From the NCBI GenBank assembly GCA_963790545.1, contig CAWBPA010000024.1, positions 94,014 to 158,013 of the forward strand: 64,000 bases of DNA. The letters are read 5' to 3'. The notes beneath the pieces are model-generated. The model was given only the letters and a program-made list of their open reading frames with translations. It ran no database searches and was not told where the DNA came from. Position 1 is the stretch's first letter, and each line of letters opens with the position of its first letter. Positions 51,553 to 63,692 of the stretch are shown one piece after another. The DNA is from Vicinamibacterales bacterium. GTDB taxonomy: Bacteria; Acidobacteriota; Vicinamibacteria; Vicinamibacterales; JAMQPK01. The position numbers and the translations under genes are program-made.

Positions 51553-51640
51553 TGAGCCAACGGTGGAGGCCGGGATACGGAGGTCCGATCCGAGATTCGG
51601 GATATTATAACGGGGTGGGTCAGCTTCGCACCACCATATA

Positions 51641-52622
51641 TTGTGCTGCGCTGACCTTTGTGACCGCTTCCGCCGGTTCCGGTCACGCACTTCGCGCAAG
51701 CCCCCGCCTGCTACGGTGTTTGAGTCTCGCTGGAAGGTGACGCTTCCCGAAAATCCCGCGGCGCCAGCCGCGTTCGACGATGCGCACGCGTACGTCGCGC
51801 TTCGAAGCGGCAAGCTGGTCGCGATCGCTCTCGAGAACGGCATGAGCGTCTGGACATCCGACGTCCGGACAATGTGGTCACCAGCCGCCGGCGGCGGCCG
51901 CGTCTTTGTGGCAAGCGGATCCCAACTCCGTGCGCTCGACGCCGCAACGGGTCGTGAACAGTGGCGTACGTCACTCGATCAGCCTCTGGCCGTTGCGCCC
52001 GTGTTCGACACCGGCTGGTTGTTTGCGGGCACGACGAGCGGGCTCCTCTTTGCCCTGCGCGCGACCGACGGGGCTGTCTTGTGGAAGATGGACCTGGGCG
52101 CCCCCCTGAGCGCGCCACCAGTCCCTTCCGAGCTCCACGTTTACCTGCCGCTCGTCGATGGTCGAATCGTCGCGGCGGAGCTGTCGCACGGAAAGGCCGT
52201 CTGGACCCACACCCTTCCTGCCAGGCCCTCGCCCATGCTGGCCTTCAACGACCGGCTGTTCGTCGGCACCGAAGACAACTTTCTCTACTGTCTTTCGCGC
52301 TCGGACGGCGGGGAAAAATGGAAATGGCGAACCGGCGGCGACATTGTCAGCGCGCCGATCGTGGATGGTGAGCGCGTGTTTTTCTTATCGATGGATCACA
52401 TGCTGCGAGCCCTCGATCGAGACGGCGGTTCATTGCGATGGCAGCGCCCGGTCCCGAACCGAACGATCGGTGGCCCGTTGCGCATTGGAGCGCTCGTGGC
52501 GGTGGCAAGTCTCGTCACCGCAGCTGCACGCCTTCAACGCCGCTGACGGCAAGCCCGTCGGATCGACGCCGGCACCAGAGGGCGAGGCCCTTTTCAGTGC
52601 GTTGGTTGCCGAGCCTCGATAA
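51641..52622 (+). CDS. PQQ-like beta-propeller repeat protein (BamB-like), frameshift near 52500
   Basis: Repeated ..G.V.A.D..TG...W motifs ([65 protein letters not shown]). The C-terminus continues in another frame to 52622. The N-terminal signal is not evident. Confidence 0.6.
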
Positions 52623-52757
52623 TCTCCTACGGAGACCACGACGGGATTGCTCTGCTCACGCGCCAGGGACTTCTCGAGGTCTTCACGCTCAAGGGTGAGA
52701 TCTGATTTTTGCGCTGGTCGCGATGCGGTCAACCTGCAGGCATCGAATGCGCAAAAA

Positions 52758-53747
52758 TCAAGCGCCGGCGACCGCATAAGGGCCCACGCGCTTGGATTCC
52801 GAGTAGGCTCGATACAGACGCAGATACGCGCAAAGCGCCGTCAGGCCCACATATTCGAAAACAAAACCTCGCACGACCCACGCCAACGCCTGCAACGGAA
52901 AAACGGCCAGCCCCACGATTGGCACAAACGCGACCAGACCAAGGCCCGTCGTGGCCAGCACGGACACCGTTGTCGTCAGGACCACCATGACGAGCACGAC
53001 GCCGAACACTCCAGCCACCTCCCGAAGCTCTTCTTTCAGGAACTGAGCGATCCGCCCCATGGCCGTTCGAACACCGATGTCCTCAACCGCAATGGCTACC
53101 TGCGCGAGCAGATAGATCAGGTTGACGATGGTGATCCACACGACGAAGGCGCTCGACCAGACCGCGGCCATCATCGTCCAACCCAGGATGAGTGCTCCCT
53201 CCGAGGCACTCTGGAAACTGCCGAACATGAGTGCAAGATAGACGGCGCCCGAAATCGCGTACGCCACCATCAACCCGAACCCCAGCGTCAGATATCGCCG
53301 GAACAAGATGCTGGCAGCCCTGGATGAAGAGCTCGGGTGAAAATGCGGCTGGCGCGTCGAAGCCCTTCGAGGCGCCATGGGCCCTCGTTCGATCACACCC
53401 GCTCGCCGGTCGCCAGCCACGAGCACGGTGACCGTCCCCCCCTTGATGAGGAACATGAAGATCGATCCGCCTGCGAGCGCAATCACGAACGCCACCAGAA
53501 AGGCCGTCAGCGCCACGGGCCGGGCGATGAGGACGGTCGCCACTTCTGACAACCCTTCCCGAACGCCTGCCCCCAGGAGTTGGATCGCATTGCCGCCAAC
53601 CAGCACGACGACGAGGAAGGCGCCCCCGATGACAGGGATGGTCAGGAGGATCTTGACGGCTGTCGCGACCACGAACTGCACGGCAATGACGGGCCAGTTC
53701 GCGGCCGCCAGCAGTGCACCGCGTCGCAGCAGCAACCGCAGATTCAT
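52758..53747 (-). CDS. polytopic membrane protein of unknown function
   Basis: Multiple hydrophobic helices from Met at 53747 (MNLRLLLRRGALLAAANWPVIAVQF...). The 158 codons upstream of this Met in the called ORF are low-complexity and probably non-coding. Confidence 0.5.
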   Translation of the reverse strand: MNLRLLLRRGALLAAANWPVIAVQFVVATAVKILLTIPVIGGAFLVVVLVGGNAIQLLGAGVREGLSEVATVLIARPVALTAFLVAFVIALAGGSIFMFLIKGGTVTVLVAGDRRAGVIERGPMAPRRASTRQPHFHPSSSSRAASILFRRYLTLGFGLMVAYAISGAVYLALMFGSFQSASEGALILGWTMMAAVWSSAFVVWITIVNLIYLLAQVAIAVEDIGVRTAMGRIAQFLKEELREVAGVFGVVLVMVVLTTTVSVLATTGLGLVAFVPIVGLAVFPLQALAWVVRGFVFEYVGLTALCAYLRLYRAYSESKRVGPYAVAGA

Positions 53748-53750
53748 AAA

Positions 53751-53795
53751 AAGACAGAATACAGAATACAGAAGACAGAATGACAGAAAACAGGG
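53751..53795. repeat. direct tandem heptamer repeat (ACAGAAT-like x5) in a divergent promoter region
   Basis: aagacagaat acagaat acagaag acagaat gacagaa aacagg. Confidence 0.7.
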
Positions 53796-53864
53796 AGACG
53801 CCTCATCTTCCTCATCCGCCCTATCTTCCCCATCCGCCCCACCCCCGATGTATCCTCCAAGTAA

Positions 53865-56800
53865 ATGGCCGACGTGCGCCTTCGTCGCATCGTCCTGGTC
53901 GGTTTGGGCTGCGCGCTTGCAGCCGTGGCTGCTCGGGGGCGGGATCGAGCGGATCCGGCTCGGGGCCGACGACGAGGCGGCGTTCGCGCTCGTCGAGCGC
54001 GATGTGCGCGGGCGCTTCGACGCGATTACCGCCGCGCTTCGGTCGGTCAGCCGTTCCGTTGCCAGAGCCGATCTCATCGATTCCGCCAGCCAGTCCCGCC
54101 AGCGTGCGCGAACTGATGGATCTGGCGGCCGCGGCACTCGAGACCCATCCGAACGAGGTTGTCGCGGTAACGGTGTTCGGGCCCGAGCCCATTCCCATCG
54201 CGTGGAGCGGGCCGCCATCAACCCTGCCTGCCGAGCGCATCGGCGGCGCCGAAGCTCTTTTTCTCACGCCAGGCCCGCTCGGCTATCGTCTTGTTCACCT
54301 GCTGCCGGTGACGAGCGCGACCGATCTGCGCCGCGTCGGCACCGTCGGCACCGAGTGGGCGCTTCCAGCCAGTGCGGGAGGCCCGAACACCAGCGACACG
54401 ATCCTGTTCGACTCGCTCGTACCAGTCTCGCTGCGGACGCGGTACGAAGGTGCGGGTGAGTTACGACGCGCGAATGCCTTCATCATCGCCGCGCCGGGCG
54501 GCGAACCCCTGCTCGAAGCAACGGTCTCCACCAACGACTTGACGGCTGCCCGAAGCCGGTGGCGCCGCGGGGTTGTGAACATCGTGCTGTCAATCGTGGC
54601 GATCACGCTCGTCCTCGTGACAGGCCCGGTGCTCCGGCGCCGTCGCTGGGCCCGAACGAAAACGACCTACATCTGGCAGACCGTCACCGTGATGGGCCTG
54701 CTGCTGGCTGCGCGAGCCATTCTGTGGTTCGCGCTGGAGGGTCCCTGGGCACAACCACCCCTTCTCGATCCGCCGCCAACGAGTGCGCTGGCGCGGCTGT
54801 TTCTGAGATCCGGTGTCGATTTGCTGCTGACCGCCTTGTTTTGCCTGGGCGCAACGGCAGTTCTCGCGGACTCGCTCGAACGGTGGCGTCTCGCCAGGAG
54901 CCGCCGGCTCACGTGGAACGGACGGACCGGACGCGTCTTGCCTTTCGTCCTCACGCAAGTCCTCGTCGGGATGGTTGCTGCGCAACTCATCGGGACCTAC
55001 AGCCGCTTCCTCGTCGACGCGCTCGTCGGCACCCCCATCGACATCGTCCATTTCTCGTTGAGTCCGTGGAGCCTGCAGCGTGTTGCATTTGCAACCGGAT
55101 TGATCGGCCTGCACGCCTCCGTCTTATGGGTGGCCGTGCTGCTCCTGCGGTGTCGCGGTCACACCGTGGCGGCTCGCCTGGCGTCACGCCCGCACCCACG
55201 TTCTGGTAGCTGCCTGCTGGCTGGTGGGCATCCTGACCGTGATTGCCATCAGCACCCCCGAAGTCGTACCCGCCACACCCATGCTGACCGGTGCCGGCGC
55301 CGCCGTGCTGCTGGCGCTCGCCATCGGCTGGGGACGGGCGCGGTACCGGCACGCGTCACAAGGCCTTCGTCTGATTGTCGGCGGGCTGGCAGTCATTCTG
55401 CCGGCCATGGTCATGTACCCGGCTGTCTTGAACGTTGCCACCCGCGCGACCGAGCAACTCATCGAACGCCAGTTCGGACCGGAGGCGCTGCTGCAACGCG
55501 AACAGATTCAGGATCGGGTCAGACGCTCACGCGATCAAATCGACCGCCTGCAGGGCCTGGAAGATCTGGCCGCGGCCAACGGGTCGCTATCTTCGCGGGC
55601 CGCGTACACCATCTGGGCGAACACCGACCTGGGCATGTTCCTGTTGACCTCATCGGTTGAGCTCTACGGTCCCGATGGCTCCGTCACGAGCCGTTTCGCT
55701 TTCAACCTTCCGGAAGATACGGCCGGAGTGTTCGCTGAATGGACTCAGGAAGGCTGCGATTGGCAAACCTACGAGGAAGTGTCGCCGTTTGGATCCGAAG
55801 AACGACGGTTGCTGTTTGCCGGACGGGGACTTTGTCGGCCTGATGGAAAAAGTGCCGGCGCCATTGTGATCCGGGCGATGCTCGATTACGACGCGCTCGG
55901 TTTCATCTCGGCCCGGAGCCTGCCGTACGAACTCTTGTTGTCCAATCAGTCGCGGCTCCAGGAAGGATTCTCGGGCCGCGACGTCGAGTTCGTCATCTAC
56001 GGCTGGAGCCAACGGCCCATCTACACCTCCACGGGGAGCGCCTGGACACTCAACGATGAGACCTTTGCGCGGCTGACGCGTTCCCGCGACCCGTTCTGGG
56101 TCACCGCTGCCAGCGGCGATCGTCAATATCAGGTCCACCTCCTCAGCGACCGCGCAGGCATTTACGCCGTTGGCTATCCGCGAGTGACGCTCCTTGGCCA
56201 CATCATCAATCTGGCGGAAGCCGCGGTGCTGGCCGGCATCATGTACGTGCTCATCCTTGCCGCCGCGACGCTTTTTTCCATGACGACAGGGTTTGGCCCG
56301 GCGTCCGGCCGCGCGCTGCTTCGTGAGATTCGCGCGAGTTTCTATCGCAAGCTCTTCCTGGCCTTCGTGCTGGCATCGGTCATCCCTGTCGTAACGCTGG
56401 CATTCGTCACCCGCACCTTCATTGCGGCGCAGGCGCGAAGCACGCTGGAGGCCGCAGCTGTGCGCACGGCCGCGACCGCACAGCGGGTCATTGAGGACTA
56501 CTCGACGCTGAGCCAACGTGATGCGACGGCCCTCCCCAACCTGGACGATCTCGATGCCCTCATGGTGGGGATCAGTCGAACCATCGACCAGGATCTCAAC
56601 ATTTTCGAAGGCCCCACGTTGAGGGCGACGAGTGAACGGTTTCTGTTCGAGTCGCGACTGCTGCCCGAACGCACCCCGAGCGATGTGTACCGCGCGATCG
56701 TCCTGGATCGCCGATCGACGTTCGTGGACCAGGAGTCGCTTGCTGGTTTCCCGTACATGCTTGCCGCGGCGCGCGTCCGCCTGGGTACGCGAAACGCAAT

Positions 56801-57767
56801 CCTGACCATTCCCCTGACGCTGCGACAGCAGCAGACCGAGCAGGAGGTGGACGCCCTCGATCGGCGAATCCTGCTGGCGGCCGTACTGTTCATCCTGCTT
56901 GGCGCCGCGATCGGCTATTCGATGGCGGAGCGGATCGCGGATCCCGTCAACCGACTCACCCGTGCCACGCGGCGCATCGCGCGAGGCGACCTGGAGGCGC
57001 GGGTGCTCGAAACTTCGTCTGACGAGCTCCGAACCCTGATTGGCGCGTTCAATCGGATGGCCTCGGAGCTGCGGCATCAGCGGGCCGAGCTCGAACGCAC
57101 GAACCGTATTGCCGCCTGGGCTGAAATGGCCCGGCAGGTGGCGCATGAAATCAAGAACCCGCTTACGCCCATTCAGCTCTCGGCCGAGCACCTGATGCGC
57201 CTCCACCAGGACCGCGGCAAACCATTGACGCCGGTGCTCGAAGAGTGTCTCACCGCGATTCTGTCCCAGGTGCGACTGCTTCGACAGATCTCGTCCGAGT
57301 TCTCGGCATTCGCCTCGTCGCCCACGCCACATCCTGCCCTGACGTCGCTCGGCGACCTCATCCACGAAGTCGTCGGCCCCTATCGCACCGGGTTGTCCGA
57401 GCGGATTCACATCATCGAAAACGTGTCGCCCGATCTTCCGCCGCTCAGCCTGGATCGCACGCTGCTGGCACGGGCATTGACGAACGTGATTGAGAACGCC
57501 CTCCATGCCATGCCCGGCCGCGGTTCACTCGCGCTGACCGCCGCTCGAGCCGACGGTCGCGTGCGCCTGTCGATTAGCGACACGGGCGAAGGCATGGATG
57601 CCGATGCGCTGCGCCGGGTGTTCGAGCCCTACTTCTCCACCAAAACCCGAGGCACGGGCCTCGGTCTGCCCATAGCCAAACGCAATGTGGAGTTGAATGG
57701 CGGGACGATTGCCGTTGAAAGTCAGAAGGGCGTGGGAACGACGGTGACGATCGAATTGCCAGTGTAA
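53865..57767 (+). CDS. very large NtrY-like sensor histidine kinase (about 1300 aa) with at least three frameshifts (~53940, ~54100, ~55200)
   Basis: C-terminal HAMP (RLTRATRRIARGDLEARV), HisKA (HEIKNPLTPIQLSAEHL) and HATPase_c (DTGEGMD...GTGLGLPIAK). A long N-terminal membrane/periplasmic region is readable across frames (MADVRLRRIVLVGLGCALAAVAA | GIERIRLGADDEAAFALVERD... | ...MDLAAAALETHPNEVVAV...). Confidence 0.7.
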
Positions 57768-57786
57768 GATGCAAGAACGACAGAAG

Positions 57787-58569
57787 CTACACCCTGTCTT
57801 CCTGCATTTTGATGTCCGGGCTGCGATGGCGCAGGCGTTGAACGGCCATCTCGACGAAGGCGGAAATGGTGTAGGTGTAAGCGAGAATCAGCAACGCGCC
57901 CTGCGGATGCGCGAAGATCGCCGCAATCACCACGGCAATGACCATCAAGACCGTGTAGGAATGCGGGGCCTGCAGGTCGATGGTTTTGAAGCTTCGGAAT
58001 CGAATCGTGCTGACCATGAGGAACGCGGGAATGAGCACGAGCGCAATGACCGGCGCTGCGCCTGATGTTTCGCGAAATCCAGCCGGATAGGCAAAGATCG
58101 TGGCGGCCACCACGCCGGCAGCCGTGGGACTTGGCATGCCGACGAAATACCGTTTGTCCACCGAGCCGGCCTGCACGTTGAAGCGCGCCAGCCGCATCGC
58201 GGCGGCCGTCACGTAAATGAACCCGGCAGCCCAGCCCCAGCGTCCGAACGAGGTCAACCCCCAGGAATATGCCAGCACTGCGGGCGCGAGGCCGAACGAC
58301 ACCATGTCGGCCAGCGAGTCGAACTCCACACCAAACGCGCCTTCCGCGCGCAACAACCGCGCAATGCGGCCATCCAGTCCATCAAGTATGAAGGCAAAGC
58401 CGACGAAAGGCGCCGCCGTCGCATACTCGCCCCGCATGGCGTACACGATGCACGCGTATCCGCAGAAGAGATTCCCGAGCGTCATCAGTCCGGGAATCAG
58501 ATACACGCCACGACGAAATCGGCGCGAGGCGAAATCGGATTGTCGCCGCCGCGGTGGGAGCATGGCCAT
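57787..58569 (-). CDS. pssA: CDP-diacylglycerol--serine O-phosphatidyltransferase
   Basis: CDP-alcohol phosphatidyltransferase motif DGLDGRIAR...G.E.DSLAD. Confidence 0.85.
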   Translation of the reverse strand: MAMLPPRRRQSDFASRRFRRGVYLIPGLMTLGNLFCGYACIVYAMRGEYATAAPFVGFAFILDGLDGRIARLLRAEGAFGVEFDSLADMVSFGLAPAVLAYSWGLTSFGRWGWAAGFIYVTAAAMRLARFNVQAGSVDKRYFVGMPSPTAAGVVAATIFAYPAGFRETSGAAPVIALVLIPAFLMVSTIRFRSFKTIDLQAPHSYTVLMVIAVVIAAIFAHPQGALLILAYTYTISAFVEMAVQRLRHRSPDIKMQEDRV

Positions 58570-58650
58570 GTCCTGATATTACATCTCCTGCCGCTCGACC
58601 GTACTCCCCTTCGAAACACACCGCATTTCCAAGTTTTGCGTTCGAGCTTT

Positions 58651-59267
58651 TCAGTCCCGTTGCGGGAGCCGGGCAATAACCGTCTCTCCACCTCGCACAT
58701 GAGCCCCCACCTTCACGCAGAGGATCGCGGTCGAAGGAAGGAACACGTCCATGCGAGACCCGAACTTCATCACACCGAACCGGTCCCCCGCCGACACCTG
58801 GCGGCCTGGTTCCAGGCGACATACCACCCTGCGCGCCAGCACTCCGACGATCTGCCTGAACACGATCGGCCGACCGTCGTGATCGATCCACACTTCGCTG
58901 CACTCGTTCGATCCCGCGGCTTCCGGACGATACGCCGCCAGGAATCGACCGGGACGATAGGTCACGCTCGTGACCCGGCCCGTCGCCGGAACCCTGTTGA
59001 CGTGCACATCAAGTGGCGACAGAAACACGCTGACTTGCAGCCAGTCGCCGGGTGGCGCCACGCCGGGCTGCGGTGCGCCCGCAACGAGCACCCGTCCATC
59101 GGCAGGCGACACGATGGCCGCCGGATCGCTGGGGCGGGTGCCGCTCGGGATCGCGGAAGAACAACAGCAGCACCACCGCAAGGATGAGCACGGGAACGGC
59201 GACCAATGCGCCACCCGCCCAGGCCACGAGTGCTGTGAGGATGAGCGCTGCGCCGACAAACGGCCAT
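58651..59267 (-). CDS. psd: phosphatidylserine decarboxylase (short archaeal-type proenzyme), frameshift near 59100
   Basis: N-terminal TM (MKIDPAGWPFVGAALILTALVAW...FFRDPER) in one frame; catalytic part SPADGRVL...FLSPLDVHVNRVP...GS(R) in the other. Confidence 0.75.
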
Positions 59268-59388
59268 CCTGCGGGATCGATCTTCATGGTGGAGAAATGC
59301 GGCAGCGGGAGTTCAGCGGACCCGAACGAGAGCGTGAGGGTTCCGAGAAGCGGGTTCCAGACCCGCCTCTCGGATACGCGAATGCTGT

Positions 59389-59649
59389 CTAGTGGGTGCT
59401 CGGCGCCTGCGACGCGGATTCCTGATCGCGCGCGCGGTTCCGCCGAAGAATATTCTCCATGCGGTCCTTCAACGCCAGCTTCCGCTTCTTCAGCGTGACT
59501 TCTTCGACTTGTTCGGGTTCTGACAGGTAATGCTTGATGGCGAGATCGTGGAGGCGACTTTCAAGTTCGGAGTGCTTGATCGCGAGTTGACGGAACTCAT
59601 CATCAGTGCGCAGCAGGAGCTCCTTCAACTCTTCGGAGTGTGTGGGCAT
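59389..59649 (-). CDS. DUF465-family small protein (YdcH-like)
   Basis: 86 aa, coiled-coil EELKELLLRTDDEFRQL...LKKRKLALKDRM. Confidence 0.6.
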   Translation of the reverse strand: MPTHSEELKELLLRTDDEFRQLAIKHSELESRLHDLAIKHYLSEPEQVEEVTLKKRKLALKDRMENILRRNRARDQESASQAPSTH

Positions 59650-59744
59650 TCTCCGCCTCCCTGTAGCTGATGTTCTGGTTCATAAAAGGTTGGACTGCGT
59701 GTAACACGAACGTAACATAAGGGCTCTTGACGTTCAAGACCCCA

Positions 59745-60245
59745 TTAGCGCGGCCCGGCGGCTGGCAGGTCGGGACGCCACAAAATTAGGGCATCTTCGG
59801 TGGGTTGTGCGTAATAGTTGCGCCGAATACCGGCCGTTTCGAAGCCAAGCCGCTCGTAAATCCGCCGCGCCTCCTCGTTGGACCGCCGGACTTCGAGCGT
59901 CGCCCGCCGCGCCCCCAGGCGTGCCGCCGTGTGCATGGCATGCTTCAGCAGGGTCGTGCCGATTCCCTGCCGACGGTAGGCGGGATGAATCGCCAGGTTG
60001 TTGATGTGAAGTTCGTCGAAAACCAGCCAGAAGGAACAAAAACCCGCCACAATCTCGATGTCGCCGCTCGGCAGACGCAAGATGTAGATGTGCGAGACCC
60101 GGGGATTGTCCATTTCGCGCAAGTACATCTCGCGCGTCCACGGATTGGTAAACGAGAGCGATTCGATCTCCAGCACCGCTTCCAGATCGCGATCGGTCAC
60201 CACTCGCTCGATTTTCCACGAGCCGCCCGCGTGGTCGTGTGTCAT
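59745..60245 (-). CDS. rimI: ribosomal-protein-alanine N-acetyltransferase (GNAT)
   Basis: GNAT motif A RRQGIGTTLL...A..LG; 4-nt overlap with tsaB upstream. Confidence 0.8.
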   Translation of the reverse strand: MTHDHAGGSWKIERVVTDRDLEAVLEIESLSFTNPWTREMYLREMDNPRVSHIYILRLPSGDIEIVAGFCSFWLVFDELHINNLAIHPAYRRQGIGTTLLKHAMHTAARLGARRATLEVRRSNEEARRIYERLGFETAGIRRNYYAQPTEDALILWRPDLPAAGPR

Positions 60246-60947
60246 CGATTTGCCCGGACCTTGTCGCGGTCGCGCGCCAGCTCGGCGTCAGGACGACGGA
60301 TGTACAAAGGACGAATCGTATCGGGGCCGGGAGCCGGAGCGGTTTGGGTCCGCTCGGCCGCCATCAATCCGATGGCCGGTGCGATGAGCGGTGTCGGCTC
60401 CAGCAGAAGATACCGCGCCACGAGCTGCCGGTACGCGATCGCGCCGTCGCCGACGAACCAGGTGCGCCGGGTCGCCAATGCCCATCGTGTCAGGACGTCG
60501 TCGGGTGGAGCGACGAGCGGCCCATCCACGAGGGAGAGATTCTGGCCCTCGTAGAGGGCCGCAAAGACTTCGCCCCGCTGAGCATCCATCCAGACCGCCA
60601 ACGCATCGGGTGCCGCGGTGTCGACCATCTGGCGCCGGGCGCCAAGCGCAAGCGCATCGAGCGCAGACAGTCCGATCAGCCCTTTCCCGATGAGCCACGG
60701 CCAGCCCCTGCATCGTCGCGATGCCAACACGCAGGCCTGTGAACGATCCTGGACCAGCAGCGACGGCAAACACGTCGATGTCCTTCAGCCCCACGTGACA
60801 CGTCGCGAGGAGCCGCATGATGTCGGCTGGCAGGCGTTCGCCGTGCGTGCGCGTCGGGTCGCCGGCTTCCACGGCTACGAGCGCGTCACGATCGACGAGC
60901 GCGACGCTTCCGCTACGGGTCGTCGTGTCGAGGGCAAGGATCCGCAT
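60242..60947 (-). CDS. tsaB: tRNA t6A37 biosynthesis protein TsaB (YeaZ), frameshift near 60720
   Basis: MRILALDTTTRSGSVAL...FAVAAGPGSFTGLRVGIATMQGLA in one frame, the C-terminal half in another. Confidence 0.75.
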
Positions 60948-60952
60948 GTAGA

Positions 60953-61042
60953 ATGAAACAGTCCACAGTCGACAGTCCACGGTCGACGGTCGACAGTCGT
61001 TGACTGACGACTGATGACCGACGACTGACGACTGACGAGCAC
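60953..61042. repeat. palindrome built from tandem heptamers (CAGTCSA x6 then CGACTGA x5) between the divergent tsaB and mutS starts
   Basis: cagtcca cagtcga cagtcca cggtcga cggtcga cagtcg ttgactga cgactga tgaccga cgactga cgactga. Confidence 0.8.
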
Positions 61043-61048
61043 TATTGT

Positions 61049-63692
61049 ATGCCCCAGACATCCTCGCTGCCGCCCGCGTCGAGCGCGACTCCGGCGATGC
61101 GGCAGTATCTCGAAGCCAAGCACCAGTATCGCGACGCCATTCTGCTGTTCCGAATGGGCGACTTCTACGAAATGTTCTACGAAGACGCCCTCGTGGCTGC
61201 ACGGACGCTCGAACTCACCCTCACGTCGCGATCAAAGGACGGTCACGGCGGAGGTATCCCGATGTGCGGCGTCCCCCACCACGCCGTCGATGGTTATCTG
61301 GCACGACTCGTCAAGAAAGGGTTTCGCGTCGCCATCTGCGATCAGGTCGAGGATCCCAGGAAGGCAAAAGGGATCGTCCGGCGCGAGGTCGTCCGTGTCG
61401 TCTCGCCGGGAACCTTCACCGACGCGCAGTACCTCGACGCTCGAGAGCCGGCATTCTTGATGGCCCTTGCGCCGTCGGGCGACCGGGATCACGTGATCGG
61501 TGCAGCGTTGCTCGACCTCTCGACCGGTGAGTTTTCTGCCGCCGAGTACGCGGGCGCGGAGGGTGTGCAGGCGCTTGGCGACGAGCTTTCGGTGCTCCGT
61601 CCGCGCGAACTGGTGGTTCCGGCCGGATTGGACACGGCCGCCTTCACCCGCGACAGCGGCATTCCTGTGACGACCATTGAAGGCTGGATGTTCGAACCCA
61701 ATGCCGCGCGCCGAACGCTCCTCGAACAACTTCGCGCCCATGGGCTCGAGGGCTACGGTCTCGAAACACACGTGGGCGCCATCTGCGCGGCCGGGGGCCT
61801 CGTTCATCATCTTCGCGACACGCAAAAGGCCGATCTGGCTCACGTTCGCGACATCACGTTCCGCACCTCTTCGGAGTGTCTTGTGCTCGACCCGATCACG
61901 CTCAAGCACCTCGAGATCGTCGAGTCGACGGACGGGACGCGAGCGGGATCGCTGCTCCATGAGATTGACCGCACCTGCACCCCCATGGGTGCGCGCCTGC
62001 TGCGCGGCTGGCTTCTGCGCCCGCTCGTCGCGCTCGGTCGCATTCAGGATCGGCTGGACGGGGTCGAGGAGCTGGCCTTCAACACCACCGAGCGCGGCAA
62101 GTTTCGCGAGGTGCTGAAAGGCGTCTACGATCTCGAACGTCTCGTTGCGCGCGCCGCTCTCGGTACGGCCGGGCCCCGCGACCTCGTCGCGCTGAAGCAG
62201 TCGCTTGCGGTCGTTCCGCGCGTGCGTCTCATCCTTGAAGCCCTGCAAACGCCGCTCATCTCGAGCCTGGTAGCCGAGCTCGACGACCTGGTGGACGTTC
62301 GTGATGCCATCGAGCGGACGCTGGTCGACGATCCCCCCGCGATCGCGCGCGAAGGCGGTCTGATTCGCGATGGTCTCGACGATGAGATTGACGGCCTGCG
62401 CCGGATCAGCCGTTCCGGCAAGCAGGTGATCGCCGAGTTGGAAGACGCCGAACGCCGACGTACCGGCATCGGGTCTCTGAAAGTTCGATACAACCGGGTA
62501 TTCGGGTACTACATCGAAGTGTCGAAGTCGAATCTGCATGCGGTGCCGTCCGACTACATCCGCAAGCAGACCATTGCCGGGGGCGAGCGTTTCATCACGC
62601 CGGCGCTGAAAGAGTACGAAGAAAAAGTCCTGGGCGCCGATGAACGCATCGTCGAGCGTGAAATCGAGCTGTTCGACGGCCTTCGGGCTCAGGTCGCAAC
62701 CGAAGCCACCAGGATCCAGAGTACAGGCCCGGGCGCTCGCCTCGCTCGACGTGCTCGCTGCGCTGGCCGAAACGGCCACGCTCGCCAATTTCGTCAAGCC
62801 CTACGTGCACGAGGATGATGAGTTGCTGATTGGCGAGGGACGCCATCCCGTGGTCGAGAGTCGCTCGGGCGGGTCTTTCGTGCCAAACGACATCCGGCTC
62901 GACAACAAAACGCATCAGCTGATCGTATTGACCGGTCCGAATATGGGCGGGAAGTCCACATACCTGCGGCAGACGGCGCTCATCTGCGTGCTCGCGCAGG
63001 CCGGCTCGTTCGTTCCGGCCGCGCGCGCCAAGATAGGCCTCGTCGATCGCATCTTCGCGCGTGTTGGGGCATCCGACAACATCGCTCGCGGGCAATCGAC
63101 CTTCATGGTGGAGATGCAGGAAACCGCGAACATTCTCCACGGGTCAACGGGGAGGAGTCTCGTCGTCCTCGATGAGATCGGCCGCGGCACCGCAACCTTC
63201 GACGGGTTGAGCATCGCGTGGGCCGTGGCGGAGTACCTCGCGACCAACACGCGCGCCCGACCGAAGACGCTGTTTGCGACCCACTATCACGAACTGACGG
63301 ACCTGGCAGGAGCGTTGCCCGGAATCGTCAACTACCATGTGACCGCCCGAGAATGGCGCGACGACATCGTCTTCCTGCACAAGATCGAGCCGGGCCGGTC
63401 GGATCGCAGCTACGGGATCCAGGTGGCGCGGCTGGCCGGTTTGCCCGGTGCCGTCATCACGCGAGCCAAAGAAATCCTGGCGGCACTCGAGCGTGACGAG
63501 CTCGCTCGGAGCGGTCGCCCCTCGCTCAGCGAGACGCCCCACGAGCCGCAGCAGCAGCTCGGACTGTTCCAGCAGTCTTCGGTCCGCGAAGAGGCCATTG
63601 TCCGGCGGTTGCGCGAACTGGATCCAAACAGGCTGACACCGCTCGAGGCACTCGCCCTGCTGGCCGAGCTCAAGAAGGAAGCGGACGCGTGA
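61049..63692 (+). CDS. mutS: DNA mismatch repair protein MutS, frameshift near 62720
   Basis: Mismatch-binding N-terminus ([28 protein letters not shown]), connector/core domains, then in a second frame the ATPase ([16 protein letters not shown]) and HTH C-terminus. Confidence 0.85.

Noticed and set aside
52758-54221. Full 487-aa minus-strand ORF as a single protein
   Set aside because: The first 158 codons are low-complexity (Ser/Arg/Pro-rich) and overlap the heptamer repeat and the kinase N-terminus on the other strand; only the membrane protein from Met 53747 is retained
55650-57506. 618-aa ORF on the minus strand
   Set aside because: Antisense to the sensor histidine kinase, whose HAMP/HisKA/HATPase motifs are unambiguous on the plus strand
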